Shown: one piece after another, positions 1 through 11,833 of the stretch | Layout of the letters: every line of letters begins with the position of its first letter | How positions within the stretch are numbered: position 1 is the stretch's first letter | Assembly: GCA_000934665.2 (NCBI GenBank) | Contig: JYFJ02004155.1 | Location: 1-34,269 of the forward strand | DNA: 34,269 nucleotides | Source: Catajapyx aquilonaris | Lineage: Eukaryota | Reading direction: 5' to 3' | Program-made: the position numbers and the translations under genes | Notes under the pieces: generated by a model | Databases searched by the model: none | What the model saw: only the letters and a program-made list of their open reading frames with translations | What the model was told of the DNA's origin: nothing

Positions 1-1556
1 GGTCACTTGTGGAGGAGGGAGAGGTCCATCGAGTGATGACCTCGCCCCCTGCCAGTGCCCTCAGGCTGAAGGTGGCCAGTCGGATGGAGGAAGGTGGGCA
101 GTTGAAGGTGGAGACTGTCTGCTTCTTCTGCGCGGAAGGGGGTCAACCGATGGTCATCGATCTGGGGGGTGACAAGTCAGGAGTGGAGCTCTTCTTCAGA
201 AACTACGACGAGAACAAGATGAACAAGAAACCCTTTGTGATTGGAATGTACACGTGGCCAGTTGACATGGAGGATGTTCGTAGGAGAAATGAAGAACAAG
301 GTGAGGTTTACCTAGAGCATTACGAAAGGGGTTACATAGTGTCCGAGAGATCCATGAATTACTTCATTTCTGAGATTTACGTGAAGGAGCCGACCAGTGT
401 CCACTTTGACCACAAACTGGACAACGGCACTTGGGTGGGACTGACTCCTGATCTGTTGAAAGGAAGGGTGGATGGGATAGGTTTCTTGCCCTACACGGCG
501 GACTCCTATCGACACAACCTCCTCCCGCATCCCTTCATTTACGGTCACGCGACTTTCGCCACAAGAAGACCCGGAGGAGTGGTCAGCTGGAGGGTGATCT
601 ACAGGCCCTACGTCCTCCCCTTCTGGGTGACCTTGACGGTCACCCTGGCCCTCCTCCCCATCGCGATGGGCAGCCTCTCCCGCTGCGACCCATCTCGAGG
701 GAGGTCAGAGGTCGAAGGGCAGCGACTGACCCTGCTGGGATCCCTCCACGTCCTGGCCAGACACCTGGTAGAACAGCCCGTTCCCTTCCCCACATCCCGC
801 CGCTTTCTCTTCCTGGCCTCCTCCTTCCTCTTCTTCTCCACCGTGGTCATCACTGGCTACAAGGCCAAGATGGTCTCCTTCCTTACCTTCCCCCCGAGGG
901 AGTTTGTCCCGAGGAACTGGAGGGAACTGGAGGAATCCGACTGGACCATCGAGACTGACATGATCAATTTTATGTTCTGGAAGAAATACCTCTCCTTTGT
1001 CGATGATCCTTTCTACCACTCCCTGGATGCGAAGTTGTCCATGGGAGAGAGTGTCCAGCATTGCCTGCAGAAGATGCAAACAGAGCAACTCGCCTGCGCA
1101 GGTATGAATGTACTCTTGGATTACGAGATTTACCTCTTTCGCGACACTTCTGGGCAGCCAACATTCCGTTACTCTGATGACCACATATTTTCGACGTACG
1201 TTGGGCCCGCTTTCCCCCGTGGACAAACCATGGCATATCACATCGGAACGAAAGCTATCAGAATTACAAATGAAATGGACTATATGACAGTGGTCGTGCG
1301 TGACTCCATGTACCTGATGTTCCTCCGTTCCTTGGATCTAATCCGGGCCAGGGAGAGGGACAACCCCCAAAACGCAGAGGAAGTGTTGACCTGGACAAAG
1401 CTCTCCGCAATCTTCGACATGTGGTTGGTGGGACTGGCCATTGGATTGTGTGCATTTGCAATGGAAATCTTGAGTAGCAATGGTGGGCCTGAAGGGAAAT
1501 GCCTGAGGGCAATAAAAGCTGTCACTCTTTGCATTTTCCGTTTGAAAATATTTTAA
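1..1556 (+). CDS. Divergent variant ionotropic receptor (iGluR-like IR), intronless, 5'-truncated by the window edge
   Basis: Frame is open from the window start to TAA at 1554-1556. Shows S1 motif DNGTWVGLTPDLLKGRVD, pre-M1/M1 IYRPYVLPFWVTL, pore segment EQPVPFP, M3 GYKAKMVSFLTFP (SYTANLAAF variant), S2 lobe and M4 LTWTKLSAIFDMWLVGLAIG. Confidence 0.88.
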   Translation, partial: SLVEEGEVHRVMTSPPASALRLKVASRMEEGGQLKVETVCFFCAEGGQPMVIDLGGDKSGVELFFRNYDENKMNKKPFVIGMYTWPVDMEDVRRRNEEQGEVYLEHYERGYIVSERSMNYFISEIYVKEPTSVHFDHKLDNGTWVGLTPDLLKGRVDGIGFLPYTADSYRHNLLPHPFIYGHATFATRRPGGVVSWRVIYRPYVLPFWVTLTVTLALLPIAMGSLSRCDPSRGRSEVEGQRLTLLGSLHVLARHLVEQPVPFPTSRRFLFLASSFLFFSTVVITGYKAKMVSFLTFPPREFVPRNWRELEESDWTIETDMINFMFWKKYLSFVDDPFYHSLDAKLSMGESVQHCLQKMQTEQLACAGMNVLLDYEIYLFRDTSGQPTFRYSDDHIFSTYVGPAFPRGQTMAYHIGTKAIRITNEMDYMTVVVRDSMYLMFLRSLDLIRARERDNPQNAEEVLTWTKLSAIFDMWLVGLAIGLCAFAMEILSSNGGPEGKCLRAIKAVTLCIFRLKIF

Positions 1557-2220
1557 AAAAACTTCCGAAGCTGAATCCTATTTTTAGTTTATTACTCATA
1601 CGATTGATTTTCGATTTTATAGTCCGCCATGAAGCTACAGGTTACTGAGTGGTTGCATTCCTTCTGCAGTAAATTGTCTGACCTGATTGTGAGTGTAGAA
1701 ATCAAGTGAAAATGATCACCCACATAACCCACTAACTGCTCATGGAGGGAAATTAGTGCAGCAAGATTCCATCATCCTTTTCCATGCCCACAGTTAAACC
1801 AAGAACATTTCAGTGAAGGTAAGGGAAAGAAACCATTTTGTGTACTGATGATATGTACTTTGATGTGAATTAATTTGATGGTATTTGTAATGTAACATTA
1901 TTTTGTTGTACAAGATTCAGTGTGGTTATTGAAACATTTTCACTCCAATCATCATGTGAGATTTATAATTTAAAATCAAACACTTATTACTACCATTCCT
2001 ACCAACACAACATCACATGCTTTTCATAATATGTATAATCCACACCCAAAATGATTTATTGATCGCCTGTGTCACCCGTTCTGAGCAATGCCTACCCGTT
2101 TCACTGTTGCACCTTCTTAAGCTGCAAAAGTAAGCAGAAAAATATTGATGTACCGTAACTCACTTCAATAAGTTATTAGCTTGATGTGGTGGAGGTTGTC
2201 ACAGGTGTTTTTTTTGACTG

Positions 2221-4064
2221 CACAAGTGTTGCACTCCATTGTTTTGAGCCTGCCTATTTTAATCAGTCCCGTTCACACCTTGCTGATGATAATTATACAG
2301 TCTATCGTATAATTAAAGCATCATTCCCGCCTGAATAATTTTCTGTACTAATTTGAATTCATGAAGCACCCTTACCATTGTTACAATGTTTCGGAAATGA
2401 GGCAGAGGTGGAATGTCAGTGGAGATGCATTGAAAAAGGTTCTCAAGGCCAAGATTGCTAAAGTCTGCCTTGGAAAATTGAAATCAAATTTAAATGGCAT
2501 CCTTGCTTCAGTCGATTTCCAATTGAATCCCATTTTCCCCACGGAATATTATGTGCAACCTTCATAATTACTATGTACCTGCATGTTTCAATAAATAAAT
2601 ATGATTGATCTTAACCCTTAACTACGTAGGTGGAGCCTGAGAGGCTCCAAGCACTATTTAAACGCATGTAACTTTTTCATCGAATTTTATTTTCCCCTGT
2701 CCTTCCGTGACTTTGTCAGACAAACCTTCCTAAGCATGAAAAGGAAAGAAATTTTTTTTTAGTCCCTATTGTTTGGTTTTAAAAAATTCTTAACGAGGAA
2801 CAGGTCCCTCCTGGACTCTATACTGGCTCTACCTATGCAGGTGAAGACTGAGCGGCTCAAGCATGATGTAACCTTTTAATTAAGAATTTTTCCCTGTCGG
2901 AATATGCTGACTCAGCGTGTGATTTTTACGTTATCGGAAGCCTAATGATCTGAACTGCACTTTCTGTATGTGAAAAGTCCAATATAACAATTTAGTTGAT
3001 AAGCAGAAATTTAAATATACCGTTGGAGCCTCTCAGGGTTGCCTTTTCCATAAGATGTCTCCATTTGTTTTTGGGTTCCACAGAGTGAGGGTTGGAAAGG
3101 GTAATGAGATGATGTCCATTCCAGACACTTTGACTGACACCAACCTCGTTATTAGATTCGTCCTTCACCGAGCCTGTTCTAGGACTAATTCACAATACAA
3201 TTGATATTCATGCACATCATTGGCCAGCTGATATTTCCAAATTCGGAAATCGACGTAGAAAATGAGGTGGCAGTTAAAGCACAATATTGTGCCAGTTGAA
3301 GATATACAATTGCCTATAATTGGGCGCTAATGTGGAAGTAGTCGCATTTTGCATGACATGCAAATTCACAATTGACACTGGTGAATGCAGAAATGCTGTA
3401 TAAGTCATACGTTGCTTTAATGGATTCTGATTTGGCCTCTGGAAGCAACTCCTGGAGTTTTTCCCAGACAGTTGACATGTACTGATCCGAGGGAACCACC
3501 AGACATGCTAGACAATGAATAGACTGACACATCTTGAACTGGACCTACACAAGATTAGAGAAGACATGCAGCAAGTAGATTGAATGATGGCCATAAACCA
3601 TTTCGAGACATTCACATTACGGATAGAGACAAAGCAGATCCCATTGGAAAGCACTGCCCAGATTTGGAAACCTTCCCTTCCAAATGCGTTGCCATACAAC
3701 ACTTCAAAACGTAGCAATGTATCTGATGTTGATATTCACCAAATAGGCATCCTCTTTCCAAACTTGGAAGAGTCGCACATTATTATCTGTGATGTGACAA
3801 CAAGTGGACATCAGGAATAATTCCAGAAGTTATTCCAGCACACATGCAGATACTAATGGTTGTCCGAAGTGGCACCTCACCCGACAAATGACCGGCATCA
3901 AAACCGCTGAAGCTGGCAGCACAAGACCAATAATTAACAAGTCCACCCAGCTCCATTTACACAGACAGCAGAACATTCTATTGGATGACATATTATCATC
4001 AGGACCTGGTATTCCGACAGAAAACTGCATGGACCACTACGGTCAGGGTCAACGTTTAGATTAG
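2221..4064 (+). pseudogene. Degraded paralogue of the BC-box/LRR gene at 12608-14110, interrupted by a TTAA element
   Basis: At 2236, PLF*ACLF*SV resembles PLFNLCLRSIA. From 3440 in one frame, QLLEFFPDS*HVLIRG..MNRLTHLELDLHKIREDMQQVD*MMAINHFETFTL..DVDIHQIGILFPNLEE is colinear with LVAKYLPQLESLELVG..INDLRHLKKLAVLGKAREDNVDLMVTFSRLTELSL..SVDLAALSRLFPDLKR. Many stops and frameshifts; boundaries approximate. Confidence 0.6.
2615..3037. mobile_element. piggyBac-like non-autonomous element, right end truncated
   Basis: TTAA (2611-2614) is followed by CCCTT. A perfect 15-bp inverted repeat links 2636-2650 and 3023-3037, and a degenerate direct copy of the left end lies at about 2825-2878. No terminal AAGGG-TTAA was found. 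Confidence 0.5.
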
Positions 4065-4325
4065 AATAAAAAATAATAGGGGTTTTACACGGTATTTTCA
4101 TTATGCTCATTATTATTGTGCTTGGCTGCAATGAGATTGATGCAACATCCCATTGAAAACATGGTGTTGCAGTGAACAGCATGATTATTTTAATTTCTAT
4201 TGGACAACACAACAGTTGGGGGGGGACCATAAAACAATACATGTACGAAACAGTAAATGAAGTTTTGGACTTGATTGAGACGCAAAACTTTTGCATATTG
4301 GAAAAAAAGAGAACAATGTGGCACC

Positions 4326-7300
4326 TCAGTGGCTTCCGACATGAGGGCCCAGACTTCCCCTCCCTCCTCCTCCTCCTCCTCCTCCTCCTCCCCCACCACC
4401 ACTGTCCCCCCCTCCTCCTTGAGCAGGGGGCGGAGGAGTGTTTGAATCCATCCGGGGCCTCTTCCTGGTTCCCCCTGGTCCCGTCTCGTCTCCAGCCCCT
4501 ACGCCGCCTCCCGTACCGCTCCCTCCGTTGTTGGATTCCGCATGCTCTCTCTTGTTTTTCACACTGTTCTTTTTGTCCCACTGTTGGTGCAGGAAGCGCA
4601 GCAAGATGTTGGTCTTCTCAGTTACAATTGCTGGAATGAAACGAAGTTGGTTAGATTAATTAAAAATGTGAATCCATGTGTTGTGATGGTGTGCAGGGCT
4701 TGAGGTAGAAATTTTAAAAATTAGTGTTACATTTTGGCTATTCAAAATTTTAATAACCAAAATTCATTTTTGGTTATTTTGGGTATTAAATTTTTTATAG
4801 CCTAAATGGCAAGAAGATGACGTCTACGCGGTATGCGTGCTGTCATTCCTGCCTGTACAGAGACGTGGGTGCTCGACATCCTCCGCCATTTCCCGGTGCA
4901 CCATTGCATGGGCAGATCGCAAAGAGGGGTTGCCGAGGTCCAAGTATGGCCCCATGCTTTGCGTGGGAAGGTGGGAGAGCATGAGTGCCTTGTTCAGTGC
5001 AACCGGCACGACTAGAGAGCCGCTGTACACACCGCCTCTCTCAGTTCGAACGCACAGGACGTGACTTCACGCCATATTGCCGTAATAAAAAAATCGATTA
5101 CTCCCTTACTTCTAATTGTTTTATAAAACCGACCGGGGGTTATCGCCACCTACGATTTTTCCCCACCCCCTCGCATGCCCGTGACTCTGATACACCCTGT
5201 ATAAAATTCCCCACATGAACTCAAGGCTGCCTTGAGGGTGTGATGACTGTCCTTTGACCCTTCCGTGACTGTCTCTACAGATAACGGCATATCAACATTC
5301 AATGTCTGGTTCTACTATGTAAGAAGCAACTCAGCTGATTTCTTGCCAACTATGCCACTGAAGCATTCAAAATCTTCATCAATTAATGCCGCTGGAACAG
5401 GGAGTGAATATAGCCATATGAATATTAGCCATCATTTTCATGTCAGCGATGAGCATTTATGAGTGACGAAACCAATTGTTTGGGGGCGAAAATAGATTGT
5501 TACTTTCACCCGAAACAATAAGGCAGTCAGTATGTGAGGTGAGTGATACATTAGATAATGGTGGACAGTATATTGATATTTTTTTCTGTTTTATTTTTGT
5601 TTGGTCACATCAGTCATTTTCCGAGGGGCCAGGAGAGGTAAAATGGGAGTGAGGCTTCCTAGCTTACAAGTCCCACAGTATATGCCTATGCTGTCTTGGG
5701 AGACAAGGTCGAACTATCAGATATAAAACTTTGCGCTGGGTTCCACAAAAAGCCTCCCGGTGTCACAACAATGACCTGCACTCTGGTCAAGCACAACACT
5801 ACCACCTTTCTCAGGTTGGCGAGACGGATCCGACTGACTCCAATGCCCGACTTACGCCATTTTTACCTATCCGTGCACCTCGGGAAATGACCCATGTACC
5901 GAACAAAAATAAAGCAGAAAAAGATAAATACAGGGTTGTTTCCTGTAACTCTTTAAAGACTTTCTGGGGTAATAGAGGGGACCAAGACAAGAATTTTTGA
6001 CGTAGGAACCCGTGTCTGTATACTGTCCACCATAAACACAATCTAATGTATCACTCACCTTACAATATACTGACTACCTTATTGGAGTCATCGCTCATAT
6101 GCAAAGGTGGCATTAAAATCAAACAATACATATATCTGAGGTGAGCCAGTGGAGATTTCAAATTGAATACAAAGCAACGGAATTGAGATTTTCCAAAACA
6201 CCTGAGCAGATGGAAACAAAACTTATGTTACCTTTTCATCTAACGTTGTTACTTGCAAATTACACTGAAAATTGTACGGGTTCAAGAAATAACCAGCTGG
6301 AAGCGACTCATTGCCTGCATTCAGTTAAATCATGATTAACGTGACCAAATGCCTGCAAATGTTAACAGAAGTGGTCATCACCATCCCGCATTGATTTTGC
6401 TAATCTTCTTGGGACAAACACAGGGTGACTCTAAAGTCTGGATACATACGTAATTGGATTGTATCAGCCTCCTGCAACTCCCTCTCCTTTCGCATGCGCT
6501 TAAGCCCGGTATAGACATGCGAGTTCCTCTTATGCGAGAAATCTTGTACGTCGAGACAGACTCTTTGTCGCCTTAGGGCCCCTCTGGTCCCTCGAAAAGG
6601 GGATTAAAGTTGGAAATGTTCAACTTTTCCTTGTTCCTCGGATTCGGGCATGATCAGTTGGCTCCTCGTATGCGAGAAATCTTGTATGTGGATACCGGCC
6701 TTTAGCAAGTCCCCTATCGCTGGATGTGGCGTCCCGCATCCCTGAATGTGGCGCACCGTACCAAATTGCATTCGGGCAGACGAGCTCCGAAACGTACTGA
6801 ACCTACCTGAACCCTCAGTTCCCATTCAGCCCCAGTTGGCAGATCCGCGCACCCCATTGCGATTTGGAACATCACATTCAGGTGGCTGGTGCGCGGAACT
6901 GAAAACAGAGCCTGAATGGGAATTGATGGTTTAGGTAGGTTCAGAGCAATTCAGAAGTCGTGTCCCCGAATGCGATTTGGCTCCACATCTGGGGATAGCG
7001 GACTCGCTAAGCACACAGCCTTCCCCATATGGCTCGATAGGGAGTTGCAGGGGCTGGATTGTATGGTTGGTTTCCAGTTGTGCCAACTAGCAGACTGTTG
7101 ACACTTGCTTCTTACTGTTAGTAAAGGTGCATTTACATGTGAGCGATTCGATCGCACAATGCCATCGCCAGCGGTAACATCACTGCGTAACCAAAGTAAC
7201 CAGTATTGTTTAAGGCGAAAATCGATTGTTACCTTCACCTCAAACAAATTGGATTCATCGCTTGCACATAAATGTACCTGAAAGGATGAACATGTGAGCG

Positions 7301-8342
7301 ATTTATCGAGCGAAGTCATTGCCGAGAGAAGTAACCAATATTGTTAGAGGTGAAAGTAACAATTGATTTTCGCCTCCAACAATAAGGGTTACTCAGGTCA
7401 CTCAGCGTTGTTATCGCTTGGTGACGACGCTGGCAATCAAATCGCTCACATGTAAACGCTGCTTGAGTTGGCACTTGGGAGTCGGCACAACTGAAAACCA
7501 ATAGTACAATCCAATTACCTACAGTACTTTTAAGCGAAAGAACGATCCGACGTCACACCAGCCGTGTTTTCTGAGCATGCACAGTGCTATTCTTGCAGAG
7601 CGATTCGGGGACATGATACAGCGGGTCGAGGCAGAGCTGAATGTGACATCAGATAGTTCTTTGGTTCAACGGACTGTATGTATCGGGACTTTAGAGTCAC
7701 CCTGTATAAAGGTGCGATAACATCTAACCTGAGTTATGATTGTTACTTATCAGTGGGGCTTAACATCGGCCTATTTCTCCTCATAAGGCCAGGGGGTGGT
7801 CCCTTACGATTGTTACCTTCGCTCCATTTCTCGTGATCAAATCGCTTATATGTAAATGCACCTTACGGGATTATCTACCTGCAAACAGGCTTTAAATTAT
7901 TCAACATTTGCAGTGCAATGGACATTAGAGAGCAATTTTTGGGCTCAACGAGACGCTCACTCTGTTCAGATGGATAATCCTTCGTCGGGAGGTAGATGGC
8001 AGGTCTCTTGGCCGAGGTCCTGCTTCCCCCGTCGCTGTGGTATCGGGAGAAGTTGTTCTCGTCGTAGGAAGGGAGCCCCTTCAAGAACTCGGCCGCAGCA
8101 GGCAACGTCTGAAAACATCAGCCAGAAATTATTCCGTCCAATTCCGCAGACACAACATGACGTCTGCGCACCGTACGCAAGGCTCACGCAGAGACTCTGG
8201 CTGCTTGTAGCTGCAAATGGGTATGTGCAATTACAAGCATTTGCCTATGGGTATGTGCAATTACAAGCTGTACTTTCTGACTTAATTATCCAACAAGTAC
8301 TTTGGAACATGAGCGTGACGTCACCCGAACGGGTCTCACCAT
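4326..8342 (-). CDS. DDA1: DET1- and DDB1-associated protein 1 (CRL4 subunit), 151 aa
   Basis: Exons 8340-8342 (ATG|gtgaga), 7961-8108 and 4326-4630 join in frame through GT-AG sites (456 nt). Protein contains [55 protein letters not shown], the DDA1 signature. Confidence 0.95.
4830..5199 (-). mobile_element. Solo end of a Tc1/mariner-type (TA-CAGGGTG) element
   Basis: CACCCTG-TA at 5193-5201 matches the terminus of two complete elements in this window. No partner end was found and the left boundary is a guess. Confidence 0.35.
5445..6116. mobile_element. PIF/Harbinger-like MITE copy split by a nested insertion
   Basis: Family motifs GAAACCAATTGTTTGGGGGCGAAAAT..GTTACTTTCACC (5468-5510) and TTGGAGTCATCGCTCATATG (from 6082) rejoin once 5521-6079 is removed. 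Confidence 0.55.
5521..6079. mobile_element. MITE with long imperfect TIRs (AGGCAGTC...GACTACCT) and TA target-site duplication
   Basis: 5521-5575 pairs with about 6020-6079 and 5574-5655 pairs with about 5845-5928. TA flanks both sides. A TA-CAGGG-starting insert (about 5931-6018) sits in the right arm. Confidence 0.8.
6421..7704. mobile_element. Non-autonomous Tc1/mariner-type element in DDA1 intron 2
   Basis: TIRs CAGGGTGACTCTAAAGTCtgGATACATAC / GTATGTATCggGACTTTAGAGTCACCCTG, with TA on the right and CA on the left. Internal inverted repeat at about 6770-6830 / 6905-6975. No transposase ORF. Confidence 0.82.
7125..7463. mobile_element. PIF/Harbinger-like MITE nested in the 6421-7704 element
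   Basis: TAA|AGGTGCATTTACATGTGAGCGATTCGATC ... ATCAAATCGCTCACATGTAAACGCTGCT. A further solo right end lies at about 7835-7863. The superfamily is inferred from the TIR and the TAA/TTA flanks. Confidence 0.75.
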
Positions 8343-9139
8343 CCTTTTCAGTGGTTGTGGGGCAGCTGCTCTTGCGTGCCCCTGTCCGAGATCTGCAGGG
8401 GGGTTCGGGGCGACCGTGGGCGGCCCCGGGGCGGTCTCCAGGACGCGTGCAGCTCCGGGAATTCAGTCGCAGAGAGAGAGAGAACGTCTCTCGAAGGGAA
8501 AATTGTGGTAATGGCGGACGGCTGTCATACTGCTGCGCACTGCTCCGTCGCGGGCTAGGTGGGAGCCAATCGGAGCCCTCCCTCGCCCTCGACCGCGCGC
8601 ACAACTGGGAAGCAACGACGCGCAGTGTGACATCCGGCCACACTGACTCTCCGGCGATCAATATTCCGCTTCGTCTGGCAACTCTGACTACCGTACACTC
8701 TACGTACCGTATCCAACGGCGGGAAGTGCAAATTGAACTCTGTAAATACTATACATTAATTTAATGAACTATTTAAACATTTATATTACAACTGATGTGA
8801 TAATTACGTACATAAACACGACAAAATATGACAGTTTCGTGTACTGTACTGTAGAGCGTATGCGACCAATAGGTATATTGTGACAACTACTACTTGAATA
8901 AATTTCCGGACATCACGATTTTCGACCTAATTAACATTACTGAATTAAAGTCTAAAAAAACATGTACTCTCAAATTATGGCGTAAAAATTGCCGGCATTA
9001 TTGTCTTGCCTTTTGCATCACCTCTTCTATTATTATTTTTTTCATTTCCCCACGGGGGGAGTTATACTACTCCTTAGGGGGGGGGGGGGTTACCACCATT
9101 GGAATTTGTTTTTGGAGCGAGTTTAAGAAGGATCTTAAT

Positions 9140-9374
9140 TAGTATATACTCCAATGGTGGGTGGGAGGGGATGTGCAAAGTGCAAGTGCAATGTCTCTGA
9201 TCGTCATTTTGTGAACTCCCCTGGGTGGCTTAGTCTGTCGGAAATTGCCACCCGAAATGAAGCCAGAGATGGCCCAACTCTGCACGAAAGAAGGTGGTAA
9301 CCCCGGGTGGGGATTGAGCCCGGGACCTTCATATCCGTGGGCGCACGCGTTACCGCGACGCCACTTCATCTCCC
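9140..9374 (-). mobile_element. tRNA-derived SINE, degenerate
   Basis: Minus-strand A-box-like TGGCGTCGCGG (9353-9363) and B-box-like GGCTCAATCCC (9310-9320) at tRNA spacing, followed by a non-tRNA body. The 3' end is uncertain. Confidence 0.5.
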
Positions 9375-9446
9375 CACCTCTTCTGTTATTGAATGGACAG
9401 AAAGAAAAGCTGCGTCTTGATTAAAGTTCAAGTTGCAATTGACACA

Positions 9447-9539
9447 TTTTTTTTTTTTTAAATTGGCGGGTCAAGCGGGGATCGAACCTGGGAACTTTCA
9501 CTCAGCAAACCGAGACGTTGCCATCTCGGCCACCTTCCC
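9447..9539 (-). pseudogene. tRNA-derived retrocopy or minimal SINE with CCA, poly(A) tail and TSD
   Basis: GGGAAGGTGGCCGAGATGG..GGTTCGATCCCC..CCA (9539-9464) is followed by ATTT and A13. Flanked by AATTGACACA (9437-9446) and AATTTACACA (9540-9549). Cloverleaf stems pair poorly. Confidence 0.7.
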
Positions 9540-10068
9540 AATTTACACAATATATGGAACGATAATGGGAACATATATTGGAGTGTGGGGCTTCACGCTT
9601 GGGCAAGTGGCATATATGTTACTTCCTGGCTGGACAATCGGACATCATGCATGCGGGAGGGAACCTATGGAAACAGAAACTAATTCAGATGCTGCTGAGA
9701 ACCACTGAATAGTCTGAATGATTGGCTTGAATCCGCGAGGAAAGATGGATGCTGCTGCCCCCTGTTGCCTGAGAGACAAAATGTCTGGCGTCGGGCGGCT
9801 ATAAAAAGAGTGCCCAAACCCTATCATAAGTGCTACCGCCCAAATATAAAGCAGACGTCACAAATATTAGGGGCAATATTACGGCCATCCGAAATATAGA
9901 ATACATTGAGATTGAGCGTTTCATTTTTTTATAATTAAAAATAAAACATCCGACGAAATTTTATTTCACCGCCATAAATTTCTCCTGTTCATTACCTTTC
10001 ATTTTATATATATATATCATGTAGGTATACGATGTAATGGTTTAACAATGGAATATGTAGCGGTGTAT

Positions 10069-10486
10069 GTCAGTCCCGCTCACAAAGAATGGTATACGAC
10101 TCCATGGACGAAATGTTTATCCTGATTATTATTATGGAGCATTATTCCCAACTTCAATTATTCGACAAAACCCTATGGACGACCTTTTCTGGACCTCTGG
10201 TGACTCGTATGACCCATCCCGATTTCTAATTAAAATTTTAATGACCAAAATGTTCAACCCGGCGGTGCAATGCTTACGTATAAGATTTGATATGTGAATT
10301 TCCCCCCTAAAATTTTCCTACTTAGCTTTGTTTTTCTCTTCTCGTTTTTTATTTTATTTTGATTCCCTTTTCCGGGACTTCCTCGTGACCCCTAAAAACA
10401 TGCTGGCGACCCAGGGGTTGGGAACAGCTAATAAACATTTCGTCCATGTAGAATCGTACCATTCTTTATGAAAGGTAGGCTACTGG
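10069..10486. mobile_element. MITE-like inverted-repeat element
   Basis: AAAGAATGGTAtaCGACTCCATGGACGAAATGTTTAT (about 10084-10120) is inverted relative to ATAAACATTTCGTCCATGTAGAATCGTACCATTCTTT (about 10431-10467). A hAT-like end fragment (GCGACCCAGGGGTTGGGAACAGCTA) lies inside. Outer limits approximate. Confidence 0.6.
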
Positions 10487-10629
10487 TATATACATTGTTG
10501 AGATTGTCGTGCTTAAATCTCGGTGAAATATAACTCTAGGAGAGTACAATTTTGGATTTGGCATTAAGTCCTGCCATATAGCTACATACACATTTATTTA
10601 TTTATTTAAATCGAAAGGGGTCGAGCCAC

Positions 10630-11257
10630 AAATTTTCTGAAAATTTACTGAATTGACGTGGAATGACCCATGGGCCTCTCAAATATGAAGAAGAATTCTC
10701 CTGTCCATATCTGACTATTCCGCAGGATGATCAGCTCAATGAATGCCAACCAGATGAACTCATACTAGTGCATAAGTTTTTCCCCAAAATCAAACACCTC
10801 ACTCTCCTAAACATCCAATTTTTTCGTGGATTTATACGGCCCCGGAATCTCTCCTTCATACCAGAAGGTATATGTTCCAGAACCTGCAGTCCTTGAAAAC
10901 GTTGACAATTTCAACGCAGAAATATTCAATAAATTGTTTTCATCTTGCCATAGCTTAGAAGAAATGCATATCAGTGCGTATGACACGAAGGACAATGTTC
11001 TAGAGCAAATGGCCTTGGTAATAATCCCGCTGAAGAAATTAAAGCGTCTCCATCTTGAAATATTGTCATCACACGAGCTCACTAATTTGGTCATTCCTGT
11101 CATACCGGATATTTTGCACAAGTGCGCGGATTTGGAATTGCTTAACTTGATTGGCTACAAGTGGGACGATATATGCCCACATAGCACTTGGCTTCAAATA
11201 AAGGATCAGTTCAAAATGTATGACTTGCGCATTTGCGTCAATGGCAATGATTTATGA
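10630..11257 (+). pseudogene. 3' fragment of a BC-box/LRR paralogue with a frameshift
   Basis: ORFs 10663-10896 and 10826-11257 join across a T-run at about 10820. Matches to the intact gene: LNECQPDELILVHKFFPKIKHL ~ LDACSSVDLAALSRLFPDLKRL; FNKLFSSCHSLEEM ~ LSTLLSSCYDLEQL; IIPLKKLKRLHL ~ INPLKKLTSLTL; IPDILHKCADLELLNL ~ IPALLDTCDSLETLNL; LRICVNGNDL* ~ LDVCVSGEHL*. Confidence 0.8.
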
Positions 11258-11833
11258 GGAATATTGTTTCCAGGCTATATAGAGTGACTGATTATATCCA
11301 CAAAAAATTTATACCGGTAATTTTATCTTGTCATTTAGTTCAGGGACTTCATAATATTATGATTTGGGTGTCCAATAATGACCAATCATCCAAACCTGTA
11401 AAATGATTCTGCAGGAAATCCTGCTTTCGAGGAGTTCTTGTATGACCAGTGGACAATATTCATGCGTTGTACGATGTGAAATATCTAGATATATTTCAGG
11501 AAAGAGTAGTTTGGACAAAATTATCTTTCAGATTACGTTTGAGAATCTTTGTCTACAGGTCATTTGCGTGGACGATATGTTTTTGGATTAATACGGCTTG
11601 TTACATAACCATCAACGGACCATCCAGACATATTAACTAGTAAAATTCTATTAATTTTATTGCATTTTTATTCATGAAGGGCTCTATCCAATATGACCTT
11701 GTGACATAACCAGAGCGAAAATAGTATCAAAGGGATGCCAATCAAAACGCTATTAATACATCTGAGATATTGGTATAACATTTCCATTATTCCCACATAG
11801 TATTTCCAGAACTATATTCCCAAGAGAACAATA

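Noticed and set aside
3060..3720. Possible MULE transposase remnant on the minus strand
   Set aside because: Only vague motifs; the + strand aligns better with the local LRR protein.
3934..4639. Overlapping poly-Arg, poly-Leu and poly-Glu ORFs
   Set aside because: Alternative-frame readings of the DDA1 (GGA)n tail.
8217..8268. 22-bp direct repeat with a 30-bp period
   Set aside because: Ordinary local duplication in DDA1 intron 1.
7856..8764. 302-aa ORF on +
   Set aside because: Antisense to DDA1 exons 1-2 and its GC-rich promoter; no recognisable domain.
11400..11640. Possible further LRR remnant (IHALYDVKYLDI)
   Set aside because: Similarity too short to support by eye.
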